Shown here in pieces: positions 22,359 to 31,497 of a stretch of 64,000 bases of DNA. The DNA comes from an uncultured bacterium (GTDB lineage: Bacteria > Hydrothermota > UBA3073 > NMUJ01 > CBEVQO01), in assembly GCA_965552055.1 (NCBI GenBank), contig CBEVQO010000002.1, positions 224,001 through 288,000 on the forward strand, read 5' to 3'. A program made the position numbers and the translations under genes. A model generated the notes under the pieces. That model saw only the letters and a list, made by a program, of their open reading frames with translations. It was not told the DNA's origin and did not search any database. Every line of letters begins with the position of its first letter. Position 1 is the stretch's first letter.

Positions 22359-23996
22359 ATGAATGACTTTGACAGGGAAATAGAAATCTCCAAAAATATA
22401 TTTCAGAATATTTTGACAAATTGGAAGAAAGATTCCCGGGTGGTAATTTACTTTCCAGAGATAAAGAAAAAAGTTCCGCAAAATTACTGGCTGGGTGTAG
22501 GTGCACTTAACTGGACTGGCATGGCAGAAGGAGTAACAGGTTTGCTAACGGAATATGGACTTGATATAGCTTCGATACACGGAACCATACAAAAGATTGG
22601 CAGAACACCCATTGGTTTGCTTTCACTCGCAATAAACATCAAATCAAAGAAAGACCTCGAAAAATTAGAAGATAAACTCCCGGAAATAAAAGAGAAAATA
22701 ACAAAGATATCGAGAAGGACTACAAAAAAGAGTGAACTTCTGGCACATGAAACAAGAAAAATAGAAAGATTTGATGATGTTATGGAAATTTTCGAAAAGA
22801 AATATAAAAGGGTACCTTCTGGCTTGATTACTGAAGCCGTCAAATTCTTTATAGCGCGTACAGAGGCGTATCTTACAGAGAGAAAACCAGAAGACCTCGC
22901 AAAGATAATATCGATGAATTACAGATTGATAAACAGGGTAAACAGAAGTGGCGGGGAACCGCAGGTCGATGCACATCATCTTGAAACTGTAAAGGAAAAA
23001 CTAACAGGAGTAACTGTTGCTGGCTTCGATAAAGATATCACTCTGGCAGATGTCCTTGAAGGAATCGCAGATGCAATACCTGACTATGTAATCAAATACA
23101 ACAAAGAATTTACAACACCCGACGGAATACTTGTATGCAGGATAGAGCTCGATGGATTCCTGCCTCTCAAAAAATTGAAGACATCGATAAAAAGGAGACT
23201 TAAAATAAGGGAAATCGAGAGAATCAGATATTGTGAGCTATTCGGTGGAATCGAGCATTTAGCACGCGCAATCTTACCTGTATTAATAAGAGATTACGAC
23301 CAATCAAAAATAACCCAGGTATCGATAAATCCCTGTGCAATATCTCCCAAAGAAATAACATTAAAAATCCTCATAGTAGGTAAGGACTATGACCCGAAAC
23401 TTTGTGTAGCATCTCTCAGCAGGATAAAGGGCTTCGTTGTAAGGGGATATGAAACACCCCAAACTTTAAAGAGAACGGTTTGCTTCATAGACCTTGTAGT
23501 AAACGCAAAACAATTTCCAAATCCAGAGCGAATACACACCGAAATAAAAAAGGCACTCAAAAATGTTATCGGAGAATTCAGAGATTTCGATGAAGGAATG
23601 AGAACAGAAGATACAAAGCGATTCGAAAATCTAAAACAAAATTTACCAACTATACCAAGAGACCTTCTAAAAAAGATATACTATGGACTCGAAGATTTTT
23701 ATAGATTAACTTTTGATGAAGAGGAAATAAGAGAAATAGTCAGGATTGGACTTTCTCTTTTGCCAAAAGAAAAAGGAATGGAAATCGTAAGATTAAATGG
23801 TGCTACACTCGTTGGCATTGCACAAAACGAAGATATCTTTAATTTGCTTATCCATAAGCTGAAAAATTATGAAAACATTGTAAATCACATAATATTTGGA
23901 AGAAAGCACATTTATTTAGTGAGAATCTCAAAGAATAATCAATCTGTCCCCGAAGAAGAGATAAAATCTTTCTTGACTTTTCTGGAAAATGCATAA
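22359..23996 (+). CDS. Hypothetical protein, possibly with ACT-like domains
   Basis: 545-aa ORF; WTGMAEGVTGLLTEYGLDIASIHG resembles an ACT repeat. Confidence 0.6.
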   Translation: MNDFDREIEISKNIFQNILTNWKKDSRVVIYFPEIKKKVPQNYWLGVGALNWTGMAEGVTGLLTEYGLDIASIHGTIQKIGRTPIGLLSLAINIKSKKDLEKLEDKLPEIKEKITKISRRTTKKSELLAHETRKIERFDDVMEIFEKKYKRVPSGLITEAVKFFIARTEAYLTERKPEDLAKIISMNYRLINRVNRSGGEPQVDAHHLETVKEKLTGVTVAGFDKDITLADVLEGIADAIPDYVIKYNKEFTTPDGILVCRIELDGFLPLKKLKTSIKRRLKIREIERIRYCELFGGIEHLARAILPVLIRDYDQSKITQVSINPCAISPKEITLKILIVGKDYDPKLCVASLSRIKGFVVRGYETPQTLKRTVCFIDLVVNAKQFPNPERIHTEIKKALKNVIGEFRDFDEGMRTEDTKRFENLKQNLPTIPRDLLKKIYYGLEDFYRLTFDEEEIREIVRIGLSLLPKEKGMEIVRLNGATLVGIAQNEDIFNLLIHKLKNYENIVNHIIFGRKHIYLVRISKNNQSVPEEEIKSFLTFLENA

Positions 23997-23999
23997 TAT
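23973..23999 (+). promoter_or_regulatory. Internal promoter TTGACT-N15-TAATAT for the lpt-rpoN operon
   Basis: -10 overlaps the upstream TAA; GTG 24005 lies 5 nt later. Confidence 0.65.
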
Positions 24000-24004
24000 T
24001 AAAT

Positions 24005-24508
24005 GTGAAAAGGTTTTTGAAAATACTCATTATTTTTATAGTATTCGGATGCCAGTCGAGGAATTTTAAAGAAATTGATAAAAATTTGCCTGATGAAGAA
24101 ATTTCAAATTTTAAAGTTCTATATTCTGTAAATGGAATAAGGAGATGGGAGTTATGTGCCGGGCATGCATTTTCTTTTGGCGATACCACACTTATTTACG
24201 GAGTTACGCTTTCAATTTACGATTCACTTGGTAATTTTGACCTCAAAATAACAGCGGACAGCGGAATCCTGTATCAAAATAACATGGAAGCACTAGGAAA
24301 TGTTACAGCAATATCTAAAGACTCTATTATTCTTAAAACCCATAAATTACAGTGGATAGATGATGTGAAGAAAGTTTATTCTCCCGAAGTTTTAATAATA
24401 AAAGAAGGCAAAAGAATAAGGGGAAAAGATTTTGAAAGCGACCAGACACTCAGCAAAATAAAAATGAGGAGCATTTATGGTGCTGGCAATGATACTTGCG
24501 ATAAATAA
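24005..24508 (+). CDS. lptC: LPS export protein LptC
   Basis: N-terminal anchor/lipobox, ITADSG, LKTHKLQW, IRGKDFESD; context with lptB. Confidence 0.8.
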   Translation: MKRFLKILIIFIVFGCQSRNFKEIDKNLPDEEISNFKVLYSVNGIRRWELCAGHAFSFGDTTLIYGVTLSIYDSLGNFDLKITADSGILYQNNMEALGNVTAISKDSIILKTHKLQWIDDVKKVYSPEVLIIKEGKRIRGKDFESDQTLSKIKMRSIYGAGNDTCDK

Positions 24509-25208
24509 GATGAAAGCAGATTCTATAATTTACAGTAAGAATGCGATAAAATTACTGGGAAATGTGAAACTGTGTACGGAAGATACAATGACAATAAATT
24601 GCCCGGAAGCAGTCATAAAAGGCGATACCATAATTTTTGCAAAAGGTTTTTTCGTGCAAAAAGGCAAAACAAAGTGTAAATCTAAATTCGCAAAATGCTC
24701 GGGAAATATTACAGAACTTAACGATTTTGAAATTGTATCGGAAAATATTAAGATAAAAGCAAAATATGGGATTTATTACAGAAAAGAAAATGCTTTTAAA
24801 TTCACAGAAAATATCTATTATCAGGATACTTTGAATCGAATAAGAATTGAAGGTGATACTGGCTTTTATTCTTTAAAAACCAAATCAGGCTGGATAAAGA
24901 ATGGCACTTTCTTTAGCGAAATAGATTCTGCCTATCTTTCTTCTAACATCTTAAAAATCAAAGGAGATACTCTCGCGATAGGTACAGGTAACTGCATTTT
25001 TAAGCAGGGAAGTTATGTATGCAAATCAGAAACCGTTTTTTATTTTCAAAAGAAAGGAATATCTATTTTTTCTCCTCAATCTGTCTTTTATGGCAAAGGA
25101 GATTCCTTATGTGGTAGAAAATTAACTGTATGGCTAAAGGACGGCAAAATACAAAAAGTAGAAATTAAAGGTCCTGTGGAGGGTGTAAAATGGATTACCT
25201 CAAAGTAG
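24477..25208 (+). CDS. LptA/OstA-like beta-jellyroll protein
   Basis: ADSIIY, LLGNVKL, beta-rich repeats; between lptC and lptB. Confidence 0.65.
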   Translation: MVLAMILAINKMKADSIIYSKNAIKLLGNVKLCTEDTMTINCPEAVIKGDTIIFAKGFFVQKGKTKCKSKFAKCSGNITELNDFEIVSENIKIKAKYGIYYRKENAFKFTENIYYQDTLNRIRIEGDTGFYSLKTKSGWIKNGTFFSEIDSAYLSSNILKIKGDTLAIGTGNCIFKQGSYVCKSETVFYFQKKGISIFSPQSVFYGKGDSLCGRKLTVWLKDGKIQKVEIKGPVEGVKWITSK

Positions 25209-25912
25209 AAAATATTGAGAAAAGGTATGGAAAAAGGAAAGTTGTCAACAATGTAAGTCTTGATGTAAAATCAGGTGAAGTCGTTGGCTTACTTGGTCCA
25301 AATGGTGCAGGCAAAACCACAACTTTTTATTCCATAATAGGATTAATAAAACCAGATAAAGGCAAAATTTTTATAAATGATAAAGATATAACGAGATTAC
25401 CTATGTATATGAGAGCAAGGCTTGGTATTGGCTTTTTACCTCAGGAAAGCTCTGTATTTCGCAAATTAACGGTTGAAGAAAATTTACTATGCGTTCTTGA
25501 ATTTATCGAAAAGGATAAGAAAAAAAGGAAAGAGATTGCCGAAAAACTGCTATTACGCTTTGGTATTGCGCATCTCCGTAATAATCTCGCTTATACGCTA
25601 TCAGGAGGCGAAAGAAGAAGAGTAGAGATAGCAAGGGCACTATGCACCAATCCCAGATTTTTACTGATGGATGAACCATTCACAGGGATAGACCCCATTA
25701 CGCAAAAGGAAATTCAAAAAATAATACTTGAACTTAAAGAAGACGGAATAGGAATTTTAATAACGGACCACAATGTAAGGGAAACACTTGAAATAACGGA
25801 CAGAGCATATTTGATGTATGATGGTAGAATCCTGTTGAGTGGCGATAGAGATACTGTGATAAAAGATTTAACTGCAAAAAAAGTTTACTTTGGTGAAGAT
25901 TTTTCAATGTAA
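25190..25912 (+). CDS. lptB: LPS export ABC ATPase
   Basis: GPNGAGKTT, LSGGERRRVEIAR, DEPFTGIDP, ITDHNVRETL. Confidence 0.96.
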   Translation: MDYLKVENIEKRYGKRKVVNNVSLDVKSGEVVGLLGPNGAGKTTTFYSIIGLIKPDKGKIFINDKDITRLPMYMRARLGIGFLPQESSVFRKLTVEENLLCVLEFIEKDKKKRKEIAEKLLLRFGIAHLRNNLAYTLSGGERRRVEIARALCTNPRFLLMDEPFTGIDPITQKEIQKIILELKEDGIGILITDHNVRETLEITDRAYLMYDGRILLSGDRDTVIKDLTAKKVYFGEDFSM

Positions 25913-25923
25913 AGGGGGGCAAA

Positions 25924-27255
25924 ATGGAGCATCGTCTTGAGCAATCACATGAATTGAGACTGGAATTCCGCTTATCACCACAATTACTCGAAACATTAAA
26001 GATATTGCAAATGCCTAAACTTGACCTTAAGCAATTCATACAGACGAAAATCGAAGAAAATCCTTTTATAGAAAGAGATGAAGAACCCGATGAAACAGAG
26101 ATATCCTTTGAAGAAGAACTAGAAGAAGAATTATTCTCTTACCCGATTTCATTCTCGGTTGAATCAACTCCTCTTGAAGATAGAGAGATGCTAATCGGTG
26201 CAGAAAAAACTTTAAAAGAGCATCTTAAAGAACAGCTCCACATATCTGCGAAGTCACAAAAAGAAATAGAAATAGGAGAATTCATCATAGATAGTCTGGA
26301 CGATGATGGATTCCTGAAAATCAGTTTAAAAGAGATTGCAGATAAATTCGGTGTCAAACCGGAAGAAGTTGATGCAATCAGAAAAAAGATACAAATGTTC
26401 GAACCAGTTGGAACGGCTTCGTTTGATGAAAAAGAATGTATTTTAACGCAATTGAAAGCAAGGGGCTTCAAATCGGAAGAAGCATTAAAAGTATTGAACG
26501 AATTCTTCGAAGAATTACACGAAAAGAAATTTCACAAAATATTGAAAAAAGTTAAAAATATCGACATCGAATTTCTTGAGAATTTATCAAAAACCATCGA
26601 AATATTGAACCCCCATCCCGGTAGAGTTTGGAGCAAGGTAAACGATTATATAAGCCCTGACATTATTATAAAAAAAGTAGGAAATGAATGGATACCAATA
26701 ATAAATGACGAATTTTTACCGAAGATAAAACTTAACAATGTTTATAGAGAATTGCTCGAAAATCCAAAGAGATTCTCAAAAAGAGATAAAGAATTTCTCG
26801 AACAGAAGTACAACGAAGCTAAAGCAATATTAATGGGGATTGAAAAAAGAAGAGAGACATTGCTGGCTATTGCACGCTATATAATTGATAAAGAAAAAGA
26901 ATTCTTTGAAAAAGGCAAAAAATATTTCAAATGTTTGACCCTTGAAGAAGTAGCAAGGGAAATAGGTAGAGACCCTTCTACTGTTTCTCGTGCATGCAAA
27001 GGTAAGTATATACAGACACCTGTTGGCATTTTCGAGCTCTCTGACTTCTTTGGTAGTGGTAAATTTAGAGATTGGGCAGCTATAAGCAACAGGATAAAAG
27101 AATTAATTGAAAAAGAAGATAAAGAACAACCACTTACCGATGAGGAAATCGCCAGAATTCTGCGAAGAGAGGGCTATAACATCGCCCGAACAACCGTTGT
27201 TAAATACAGAAAAATGCTCGGAATACCGGGGTCCCGTGAGCGCAAAAGGAAGTAG
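25924..27255 (+). CDS. rpoN: RNA polymerase sigma-54
   Basis: LSPQL..ILQM, ENPFIE, STVSR, RpoN-box-like ARTTVVKYR; follows lptB. Confidence 0.93.
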   Translation: MEHRLEQSHELRLEFRLSPQLLETLKILQMPKLDLKQFIQTKIEENPFIERDEEPDETEISFEEELEEELFSYPISFSVESTPLEDREMLIGAEKTLKEHLKEQLHISAKSQKEIEIGEFIIDSLDDDGFLKISLKEIADKFGVKPEEVDAIRKKIQMFEPVGTASFDEKECILTQLKARGFKSEEALKVLNEFFEELHEKKFHKILKKVKNIDIEFLENLSKTIEILNPHPGRVWSKVNDYISPDIIIKKVGNEWIPIINDEFLPKIKLNNVYRELLENPKRFSKRDKEFLEQKYNEAKAILMGIEKRRETLLAIARYIIDKEKEFFEKGKKYFKCLTLEEVAREIGRDPSTVSRACKGKYIQTPVGIFELSDFFGSGKFRDWAAISNRIKELIEKEDKEQPLTDEEIARILRREGYNIARTTVVKYRKMLGIPGSRERKRK

Positions 27256-27583
27256 AATTTTACCATTCTTATGGAGCGCAGTTATTCTCACTTTCTCTTC
27301 ACTCCCGCATATTGAAATCCCTGGTCCCGAATTTAATTTAAAAGACAAATTAGGGCATTTCGCAGAGTATGCGATTCTGGGATATTTAATGATTTTAAGT
27401 AGATGGAAGAAAAAGGTTTATTTTGCCTGGGGACTGTGCTTACCCGCTTTTGACGAATTGCATCAACTTTTTATACCCGGGAGGGAAGCAGATATTTTTG
27501 ATTTCCTATTTGATATTCTTGGAATTTTTGTTATCTATTCTTTTTTCTTATGTGTGCGGAGCCAGCGTATTACTTCATCGTAA
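27236..27583 (+). CDS. VanZ family membrane protein
   Basis: DKLGHFAEYAILG, DELHQLFIPGR; start uncertain. Confidence 0.8.
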   Translation: MSAKGSRILPFLWSAVILTFSSLPHIEIPGPEFNLKDKLGHFAEYAILGYLMILSRWKKKVYFAWGLCLPAFDELHQLFIPGREADIFDFLFDILGIFVIYSFFLCVRSQRITSS

Positions 27584-29244
27584 GGCAAAGTATTAAGGAC
27601 ATCTCCCTTCGATAACCAGCCTCTTCTCGCAGTTCCTATCCCATATCTTATAAATCTCATCATGCCGAGATTATGAGCATCCGAACCTATCATTATCATA
27701 ACGCCAGCTTCTTTTGCTTTTCTCGCATTTATATCGTTTAAATCAAGGCGATCAGGGTAAGCATTTATCTCAAGAGCGGTATTTGTCTCTTTTGCTTTTT
27801 TAATCACAGCATCTATATCTACCTGATAACCTGCTCTTTGTGATATTAATCTACCTGTAGGATGGGCAATTACATCAATATAAGGATGCTCACATAACCA
27901 GAATATAACATCTGTCATATCACGCTTAGCAGAAGTATGAATACCTGCTATGACCAAATCCATTTTCTTCAAATATTCGACAGGAATATCTATTTCTTTT
28001 TCCCTGATCTCAAGTTCTATTCCTTTCAAAATTTTTATACCTACTTCTTTTTCCACTCTTTCAATCTCTTCCCATTGTTTTTCCAATCTTTCGGGTGTTA
28101 TTCCATGGGCATATTTTGCTGATGCAGAGTGGTCTGTTATTGCAATATATTCGTAGCCCATTTCTTTTGCGAACTCGGCAATCTCTTTTATAGTGGCTGT
28201 GCCATCAGAATAACGAGAATGAATATGAAGGTCTCCTCTTAAATCATTATAATCTATCAAATCAGGAACTTTTCTGTGCTGTTGAGCATACTCTATTTCG
28301 CCTCTGTCTTCTCTTATCTCCGGTGGTATCCACGGCAAGTCGAAGACACCATAAACTTCTTCTTCCGTAAGACCCGCTATCTTCTCTTCTCCTCTGAATA
28401 CACCATATTCGCTAACTTTCAAATTCTGAGATTTTGCTATTGTCCTCAACTTTATATTATGGGCTTTTGAACCGGTAAAATATTGAAGAGCAGCACCAAA
28501 ACTTTCTTCAGGTACTATTCTCAAATCAACCTGATAACCGCCCTTTACAATTATTGAGCCCTTTGTTGTGCCTTTTGCAAGAACTTTTTGAACATCAGGG
28601 AATTTACAAAATTTCTCGATTATTTTTTCACCATCTTTTGCAGTAGCTAATACATCAATATCACCAACCGTTTCTTTCATCCTTCTAAGGGAACCTGCAG
28701 GTGCTATCTGGTTTACATCTTCCTTTAAATATTCAATTATCTTTTCAACAAGCGGAAGTGCAATACTTATCGGTATTCTTTCTGCCCTTTGTTTAAATAT
28801 TTTTAAGCCTTCCTTTATATTTTCTACTTTTTTCTGTCCCATACCCGGTAAACGAGCAAGCGAACCATCTTCTATTACTCTTTCGAGGTCCTTTAGTGTC
28901 TTTACTCCAAGTTTATCATACGCGAGTTTCAAAGTACGCGGACCCAACGATTGCACATCCATAAGCTCAAGCAATTCTTCGGGTACACCCTGCATCGCTT
29001 CCTCATATTTTTTCATCCTACCTGTTCTTAAGTATTCGTCTATTTTCTTGGCAATACCTTCACCTATCCCCGGTATCTCACGCAGTTTGCCTTTCTTCCA
29101 AACTTCTTCAATATCAACCGTCAAATCCTTAATCACCCTTGATGCCTTTTTGTAAGCAAGTACTTTAAACTGATTCTCGCCTTTAAACTCCAGTGCTTTA
29201 CCTATTTTTTCAAATATTTCTGCTAACTCTTTATTTTTGCTCAT
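27535..29244 (-). CDS. polX: DNA polymerase X with PHP domain
   Basis: GSLRRMKETVGDID, YFTGSKAHN, DLHIHS, GSDAH. Confidence 0.95.
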   Translation of the reverse strand: MSKNKELAEIFEKIGKALEFKGENQFKVLAYKKASRVIKDLTVDIEEVWKKGKLREIPGIGEGIAKKIDEYLRTGRMKKYEEAMQGVPEELLELMDVQSLGPRTLKLAYDKLGVKTLKDLERVIEDGSLARLPGMGQKKVENIKEGLKIFKQRAERIPISIALPLVEKIIEYLKEDVNQIAPAGSLRRMKETVGDIDVLATAKDGEKIIEKFCKFPDVQKVLAKGTTKGSIIVKGGYQVDLRIVPEESFGAALQYFTGSKAHNIKLRTIAKSQNLKVSEYGVFRGEEKIAGLTEEEVYGVFDLPWIPPEIREDRGEIEYAQQHRKVPDLIDYNDLRGDLHIHSRYSDGTATIKEIAEFAKEMGYEYIAITDHSASAKYAHGITPERLEKQWEEIERVEKEVGIKILKGIELEIREKEIDIPVEYLKKMDLVIAGIHTSAKRDMTDVIFWLCEHPYIDVIAHPTGRLISQRAGYQVDIDAVIKKAKETNTALEINAYPDRLDLNDINARKAKEAGVMIMIGSDAHNLGMMRFIRYGIGTARRGWLSKGDVLNTLPYDEVIRWLRTHKKKE

Positions 29245-29253
29245 TTCAATTCA

Positions 29254-29487
29254 TCATAAAGGATTAGCCAGAGATGTCCTGGGGGTAGCGCAATCAGTAA
29301 ACTGTAGTATGAAATTCAGTGCTGTTTGTTCATCAGGAGCTTCATAGATTATTATGAAGTCAGGCTTGCCGAATAACTGCATTTTGTATTTTATCACAAC
29401 ATTCTCAGGGACCTTTGGATTCCTCATTTTATATATCATCTCGTCTGCCTTACCTGGTATTATATCAAATTGTGTCATGAATAACAT
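29254..29487 (-). CDS. Small GYD/ferredoxin-like fold protein
   Basis: LFGKPDFIIIYEAPDE motif. Confidence 0.55.
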   Translation of the reverse strand: MLFMTQFDIIPGKADEMIYKMRNPKVPENVVIKYKMQLFGKPDFIIIYEAPDEQTALNFILQFTDCATPRTSLANPL

Positions 29488-29488
29488 T

Positions 29489-30382
29489 TTACCCCCCTTT
29501 TCCAAACATTTCTACATATTTTTGTAACTCCTCATAATTTCTGTTCACCCACTCCTGAAATTCTTTTATTTCTTTCTCACCCCAATGTTTAAATCTCCCC
29601 TGTAATTTTATGTATTCCTCAACGGGTTTTCCTTTTCCCTTTATCGTTATCCTCCATTTACCATCTTCCACTTCTATTAGAGGGAAAATATTGCACTCAA
29701 CTGCTAATCTTGCAACTTTTATGGTGTAATCCGGACGCATCTTCCAGCCAGTAGGACAGGGTGCGTAAACCAGTATAAATTTTAAGCCCTTCTTTTCTTT
29801 TGCTTTCTTTATTTTTCTCACAAAATCTTCTGGATATGCAACATTCACTGTAGCAGCATAGGGTATTTTGTGGGCTACCATTATTTTGAATAGGTCCTTT
29901 TTAGGGTCTTCTTTTGGAAAGCGATAAGGAGTCGTTGTCGTCCATGCACCTTTCGGTGTAGCAGAACTTCTCTGTATTCCGGTATTCATATATGCTTCAT
30001 TATCGTAGCAAATATAAAATATATCCTCGCGACGCTCAGCAGCACCCGATAATGCCTGAATACCTATGTCATAAGTACCTCCATCACCTGCCCACGCAAC
30101 AACCTGTGTCTCCGTATCTCCTTTCATCAGCAAAGCATTTTTCACACCCGATGCAACAGAAGCAGCAGCCTCAAAAGCACAGTGCAAAATCGGAACCCCA
30201 TAAGAAGAATATGGAAAAGGACCATCTATCACGGTGCAACAGCATGCAGGTATCACGAGAACCGTTTTCTTTCCGAGTGCCTTAAGGGTGTAGCGTAAAG
30301 CAAGAGTAGCTCCACAGCCCCAGCATGCAAGATGCCCAGGATTCATTATCTCTTCTTCCGGAATTGTTAATTTTACACTCAT
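29489..30382 (-). CDS. porB: Pyruvate/2-ketoisovalerate:ferredoxin oxidoreductase beta subunit
   Basis: GHLACWGCG, GDGGTYDIG, DNEAYMNTGIQRS, PCPTGW. Confidence 0.93.
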   Translation of the reverse strand: MSVKLTIPEEEIMNPGHLACWGCGATLALRYTLKALGKKTVLVIPACCCTVIDGPFPYSSYGVPILHCAFEAAASVASGVKNALLMKGDTETQVVAWAGDGGTYDIGIQALSGAAERREDIFYICYDNEAYMNTGIQRSSATPKGAWTTTTPYRFPKEDPKKDLFKIMVAHKIPYAATVNVAYPEDFVRKIKKAKEKKGLKFILVYAPCPTGWKMRPDYTIKVARLAVECNIFPLIEVEDGKWRITIKGKGKPVEEYIKLQGRFKHWGEKEIKEFQEWVNRNYEELQKYVEMFGKGG

Positions 30383-30789
30383 TTTGCCTCCACTTTTACT
30401 TGGCTTTCAATAAACTTTGCTACTGCTTTCAAAAGGGGACGGAAATCATCCCTTAGCCCCCTTATCTCATCAACAAGCAGTTTCACAACTTCACATGTTC
30501 TCTCACTGGCTACCGCCGCCCTTTCAGATGCTGTAGCAGCTCTCTCCGCCGATTCAGCAGCTCCCTGTGCCGCCACAGCAGCCTTCTCCGCCGCCACAGC
30601 TGCCCTCGCACCCGCCTCAGCAGCACGCTCCGCTGCCATAACTGCTCCCTCACTCGCATTTATTGATTGTATCGTAAGTAAAAGCTGTAAGTCGCTCTTC
30701 GTTAACTCGCTTTCCTTCTTACCTATCTTCTTTAACATATCTTTCAATACAGGATACAGATTTATTATTGTCCCTACATCGAGTGCCAT
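30379..30789 (-). CDS. Hypothetical protein with Ala-rich heptad repeats
   Basis: AERAAEA/AEKAAVA/SERAAVA repeats; SD GAGGGAG; own promoter. Confidence 0.7.
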   Translation of the reverse strand: MALDVGTIINLYPVLKDMLKKIGKKESELTKSDLQLLLTIQSINASEGAVMAAERAAEAGARAAVAAEKAAVAAQGAAESAERAATASERAAVASERTCEVVKLLVDEIRGLRDDFRPLLKAVAKFIESQVKVEAK

Positions 30790-30801
30790 CTCCCTCTATT
30801 T

Positions 30802-30828
30802 ATTTTATACATTTTACTCATTTGTCAA
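30802..30828 (-). promoter_or_regulatory. Promoter TTGACA-N15-TAAAAT
   Basis: Internal to the por operon, 1 nt after the MNT stop. Confidence 0.75.
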
Positions 30829-30829
30829 C

Positions 30830-31144
30830 TCATTTTATCAAAATCCCTTCACAAAGACCTTTCTTTAACAAATACTTACTGTCTTTCCATTTTTCAAATT
30901 CGTCTGTAGTATAACAAAAAGGCATTAAAAATTCTTCCTCATCCCAAAATTTATAAACAAAACTCATCCTATCGGGAAATTTCATACCCTTAAAATCATC
31001 CGAAACTATTATTACATCAATATCGGAGTGTTTAAAATAATCTCCACGAGCCCTCGAACCTATCATTATCATTTTTTCAATCTTTATATCCTTCTCCAAA
31101 TTTTTCTTTAAAGTTTTTAACTTCTCAAACGCCCTTCTATCCAT
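30830..31144 (-). CDS. Minimal nucleotidyltransferase (MNT antitoxin)
   Basis: GSRARGD...SDIDV. Confidence 0.9.
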   Translation of the reverse strand: MDRRAFEKLKTLKKNLEKDIKIEKMIMIGSRARGDYFKHSDIDVIIVSDDFKGMKFPDRMSFVYKFWDEEEFLMPFCYTTDEFEKWKDSKYLLKKGLCEGILIK

Positions 31145-31497
31145 TTCAAAATTTTCTCACCCTCTTTTATCCTTTCTTCAGCTTTCTCTTTATCATAAAT
31201 CTCATAAGGAATGCTATTTGCAGCATTTGGATATCTCGTCATAACATAATCAGGCGTTATATCCCTCAAAATATCAATAAGCTCTTCATTAAGCCCAAGT
31301 TCTTTACCCAATCTCACAAGATTATGAGACTTCGGGAGTTCTCCTTTTTCTTTCAAATAAAGTGCTTTCAAAGCTTTCTCAATTGACTGCTCAACCTGAA
31401 AACATGCCCATTCATAATCACCTGATGATAAACTGTGTCTCGCAGCTTCTAAATCCCTTTTCGACTGCTCCCACCACGCCTGTATCTCCTCCCTCAT
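31117..31497 (-). CDS. HEPN domain protein
   Basis: WACFQVEQSIEKALKA, SHNL, TRYPN. Confidence 0.9.
   Translation of the reverse strand: MREEIQAWWEQSKRDLEAARHSLSSGDYEWACFQVEQSIEKALKALYLKEKGELPKSHNLVRLGKELGLNEELIDILRDITPDYVMTRYPNAANSIPYEIYDKEKAEERIKEGEKILKWIEGRLRS

Noticed and set aside
27107..27235. N-terminal extension of the VanZ ORF
   Set aside because: Lies inside rpoN; the family-like sequence begins near 27236.
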